Assembly (NCBI GenBank): GCA_964291415.2
Contig: OZ219917.1
Coordinates: 64,001 to 128,000, forward strand
DNA from: Alphaproteobacteria bacterium
GTDB taxonomy: Bacteria > Pseudomonadota > Alphaproteobacteria > SP197
Reading direction: 5' to 3'
DNA length: 64,000 nucleotides
Shown here: positions 60,863-64,000 of the stretch, in pieces
Position numbering within the stretch: the stretch's first letter is position 1
Layout of the letters: every line of letters begins with the position of its first letter
Program-made: the position numbers and the translations under genes
The notes under the pieces: generated by a model
Database searches by the model: none
Told to the model about the DNA's origin: nothing
The model's input: only the letters and a program-made list of their open reading frames with translations

Positions 60863-60977
60863 GACATCATGGATTGACCATGACCTGCCCTCCTCGATGT
60901 GGCTCTGTACTCACGGGTTCCTGACCTCGAGCATAACCCACGATCCTCGAGGCCAGGGCAGGTCAATCCATGATGTC
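60863..60977. repeat. 115-bp imperfect palindrome (MITE-like) with 17-bp perfect terminal inverted repeats
   Basis: gacatcatggattgacc (60863-60879) / ggtcaatccatgatgtc (60961-60977); inner tgacctgccct/agggcaggtca. Confidence 0.8.
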
Positions 60978-61275
60978 TGACCGGAATGTTCTGTCGGGTC
61001 CGAAAGAGCCTACGGATGTCGTCCGCGATGACGGCGGGCATTATCGATGCCCTGGGGAACATGCGGCGGATCGCCGGCTGATCTGATCGACGGGAGGGTC
61101 CGAAGCTCAACCGGTCCGTGACCTGTCGCGTGCGCCACAATTCAAATTGAGCACCACCCGACCGCCTTGCGGTTTGACAAACAGGTCCGGGCCCCGAAGG
61201 GTTCGCCCGATCATGCGCGGGCCGGAATGCCGGTCCGGCGTACCAGGAAACATGCCCACGAGCCGGGGAATCGGG

Positions 61276-63327
61276 ATGTCCTATCGCGTCGGAGTCGATA
61301 TCGGTGGCACGTTCACCGATTTCTTCGTGTTCGACGAGACCACCCTGGAGACACAGGCCCTGAAGGTGCCGTCGCGCCCCGACAGGCCGGGCGCCGAGGT
61401 GCTCGAGGGTCTGCGTCAGCTTGAAGCCCGCTTCGGCATCGCCCCCGGCGAGATCATCCATTTCAGCCATGGCACCACCGTGGGCGTGAACACCGTAATT
61501 CAGCGCAAGGGCATCAGGCTCTGCCATTTCACGACCGAAGGGTTCACCGACGTGCTCGAGGTGGCCCGGCTGAGAACGCCGGACGTCTACAACCTGCTCT
61601 CGAAACGTCCTGCTCCTCTCATCCCGAGGGAGCGCGTCTTCCCGGTCGCGGGGCGCCTGGCGAGCGACGGCAGCGAACTCCAGCCGGTCGACAGGACCAG
61701 CGTCGAGGCCGCCGTCGCAAAGGCGCGCGAGGCGCGCGCCGAAGGCATCGTCGTGGCGCTCCTGAATGCCTACCGCAATCCGGCCCACGAGCATGAGGTG
61801 GCTGCCCTGGTGCGCGTGATGGCGCCGGAACTTCCCGTGTTCTGCTCTGCCGACGTCTGGTCGATCATCCGCGAGTACGAGCGCACGATCACCGCCGTCA
61901 TCCACGCCTACGTGCAACCGCGCGTCAGCCGCTACCTGGGCTCGCTGCAGGATGCGCTGCGCGAGGCGGGCGTCCCGGCCGAGCCGCTTGTCACGAAGTC
62001 CAACGGCGGGGTGATGAGCGCCGAGATGGGCAAGACCGCCTGCGCCCAGATGATCATGTCGGGCACCGCCTCGGGCGTGATCGGCGCGAGCCATGTCGCC
62101 GTGCTCTCCGGGTGCCGCAATGCCATCAGCTTCGATGTCGGCGGCACCAGCGCCGATGTCGCATTCATCGCCGACGGCCACCCGCAGTACGGTATCGGAG
62201 AGATGATCGGCGAGTTCCCGATCTACATCCCGACGGTGTCGGTCACCTCGATCGGCGCTGGTGGTGGATCGATCGCCCGCATCGACGATGCCGGTGTGCT
62301 CAACGTGGGACCCGAAAGCGCCGGCGCGGTGCCGGGCCCGGCCTGCTACGGCACGGGCGGCGACGAGCCGACGCTGACCGACGCCTTCGCCGTTCTGGGT
62401 TACATTGGCCGGACCGGCCTCGGCTACGACACGGTCCCGGTGAAGACCCGCGCCGCCCGCCGCGCCATGGGCGCGCTCGCCGGGCGCATGGAGCGCAGCG
62501 TCGAGGAGACGGCGGAGGCCATCGTCCAGGTGGCGGTGTCCGGCATGTACCTGGAGGTCTCGAAGCTCGTGTCGTCCCGGGGCATCGATCCGCGCGACAA
62601 CGCCCTCGTCGCCTTTGGCGGCGCGGGCCCCATGATCGCCTGCTTCCTGGCTCGCGAGCTGAACATGTCGACCGTCGTGATTCCGACGGCACCCGGTGTC
62701 CTGAGCGCCATGGGCGGCCTGATCGCCGATCTCAAGAACGACTTCGTCCGGACGATCTACGCCGATCTCGACGCCGGGACGGCGCCCGCGATCCGGGATG
62801 GCTTCGAATCCCTGCGGAACCTGGGCGAGCGATGGCTGCGCCAGGAGCAGCGCTACGACGGACCCGCCGCCTACATCCACTCGGCGGACATGCGCTACAA
62901 GGGACAGTCCTTCGAGATCGAGGCGGTCCTCGACCCGGACGCCATCGAAAAGGGCGATGTCGCGGCACTCGGGGAGGCATTCCACGCCGCCCACGAGCAG
63001 CTCTACGCCCATGCGGACAGGGCGGCGCCGGTCCAGATCGTCAACCTGCGTCTGGTCGCGCTGGGCCAGACCCCGAAGCCTCGCTTCGAGTCCGCCGACG
63101 GGATGCCGGCCGCCGCGCAGCCGGAGGACAGCATCCCGATCCACGCGCAAGGCCGGACCGTCCGGGCCGCGCTGTTCCGGCGCGAAGCCTTGCAGCCCGG
63201 TCACACGTTCAGCGGCCCGGCCGTCGTCCTGCAGAACGACACCACCGTCTGCGTGACGGAGGACTTTCAGGCCCGTGTCGACGGCTACGGCCAGCTGATC
63301 CTGACCCGGGGAGAGGGAACCCGATGA
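61276..63327 (+). CDS. Hydantoinase/oxoprolinase subunit A
   Basis: GVDIGGTFTD, HGTT.G.N, IREYERT, FDVGGTSADV, GAGGGS, GPESAGA.PGPACY, FGGAG. Confidence 0.93.
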   Translation: MSYRVGVDIGGTFTDFFVFDETTLETQALKVPSRPDRPGAEVLEGLRQLEARFGIAPGEIIHFSHGTTVGVNTVIQRKGIRLCHFTTEGFTDVLEVARLRTPDVYNLLSKRPAPLIPRERVFPVAGRLASDGSELQPVDRTSVEAAVAKAREARAEGIVVALLNAYRNPAHEHEVAALVRVMAPELPVFCSADVWSIIREYERTITAVIHAYVQPRVSRYLGSLQDALREAGVPAEPLVTKSNGGVMSAEMGKTACAQMIMSGTASGVIGASHVAVLSGCRNAISFDVGGTSADVAFIADGHPQYGIGEMIGEFPIYIPTVSVTSIGAGGGSIARIDDAGVLNVGPESAGAVPGPACYGTGGDEPTLTDAFAVLGYIGRTGLGYDTVPVKTRAARRAMGALAGRMERSVEETAEAIVQVAVSGMYLEVSKLVSSRGIDPRDNALVAFGGAGPMIACFLARELNMSTVVIPTAPGVLSAMGGLIADLKNDFVRTIYADLDAGTAPAIRDGFESLRNLGERWLRQEQRYDGPAAYIHSADMRYKGQSFEIEAVLDPDAIEKGDVAALGEAFHAAHEQLYAHADRAAPVQIVNLRLVALGQTPKPRFESADGMPAAAQPEDSIPIHAQGRTVRAALFRREALQPGHTFSGPAVVLQNDTTVCVTEDFQARVDGYGQLILTRGEGTR

Positions 63328-64000
63328 CGATCGACAAGGTGACCCTGCAGATCCTCTCCAATCACTGCCAGGCGGCGGCCGAGGCCATGGCGCGCACGCT
63401 GATGCGCACGGCCCATTCGACCTTCGTGAAGGAAAGCGAGGACTTCACCTGCGGCCTCGTGACGCCTGGAGGCAAGACCTTCGCCTCGCCCTTCGACTTC
63501 GGGGCCACATGGTTCGTCGGTCTCGACTACGCGCGCGGCCTCGGCCTCATCGATGCTTATGACGAGGGCGATGTCGTCATCTGCAACGACCCCTACAGCG
63601 GGTTCGTCTGCACCCACACGCCCGACATGCATATCTGGAAACCCATCTTTCACGACGGCGAGGTGGTCTGTTTCGCCGTCGGCCACGTGCACAACACCGA
63701 CATCGGCGGCGCCGTGCCGGCGAGCCTGTCGCGCCAGCTCACGGAGGTGCACCAGGAGGGCCTGCGGCTGCCGCCGACCAGGCTCTGCCGCAAGGGCGAG
63801 CTGAACCGGGAACTGGTCGACATCATCATGGCGAACGTGCGCATGCCCGAGCAGAACTGGGGCGACATGAAGGCGCAGCTGGCATCGGTCAACATCGCGG
63901 AAGCGAGAGTGAGGGAGATCATCGCCCGCTTCGGCGCCGACACCTTCAGGGAAGGCGTCGAGGATCTGCTCAATCTCGCCGAGACCCAGGCGCGGCGGGT
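63324..64000 (+). CDS. Hydantoinase/oxoprolinase subunit B, partial (runs off window)
   Basis: Manual translation: MTIDKVTLQIL...AEAMARTLMRTAHSTFVKESEDF...NDPYSG...THTPD...H..DIGG.VP.S...QEGLRLPP. Confidence 0.92.
   Translation, partial: MTIDKVTLQILSNHCQAAAEAMARTLMRTAHSTFVKESEDFTCGLVTPGGKTFASPFDFGATWFVGLDYARGLGLIDAYDEGDVVICNDPYSGFVCTHTPDMHIWKPIFHDGEVVCFAVGHVHNTDIGGAVPASLSRQLTEVHQEGLRLPPTRLCRKGELNRELVDIIMANVRMPEQNWGDMKAQLASVNIAEARVREIIARFGADTFREGVEDLLNLAETQARR

Overview
GC-rich alphaproteobacterial (Rhodospirillales-like, inferred) chromosomal window. 1-33.5 kb is mostly housekeeping and metabolism: folD, yggT, rpmH-rnpA-yidD-yidC, sodC, znuABC, valine catabolism, dapD-argB, aapJQMP, engB-truA-fmt-def, recR-ybaB-dnaX-ffs, nudC, gloB, meaB. 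34.6-50.3 kb holds a TMADH-like/CoA-dependent catabolic cluster, a Rieske oxygenase, secreted proteins of unknown function and sthA. 50.5-61 kb is a nested mobile-element hotspot. It contains (i) a group II intron whose RT gene is split at the conserved DADIxxFFD motif by a 2.7 kb large-serine-recombinase element flanked by an 8-bp direct repeat; in silico excision restores an intact 492-aa ORF. It also contains (ii) an orphan intron domain I directly upstream of that intron, (iii) a second intron whose RT is fused in frame to the C-terminal half of an IS110 recombinase, followed by a separate IS110 RuvC half and the intron's last nucleotides, (iv) a solitary type I-E-like CRISPR repeat, and (v) a 115-bp palindrome at the intron insertion site. 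A pseudoknotted candidate ncRNA lies at about 24.44-24.65 kb. Several single-base frameshifts, including one in def, suggest assembly indels, so pseudogene calls are tentative. All family assignments are from motif recognition by eye; no searches were run.
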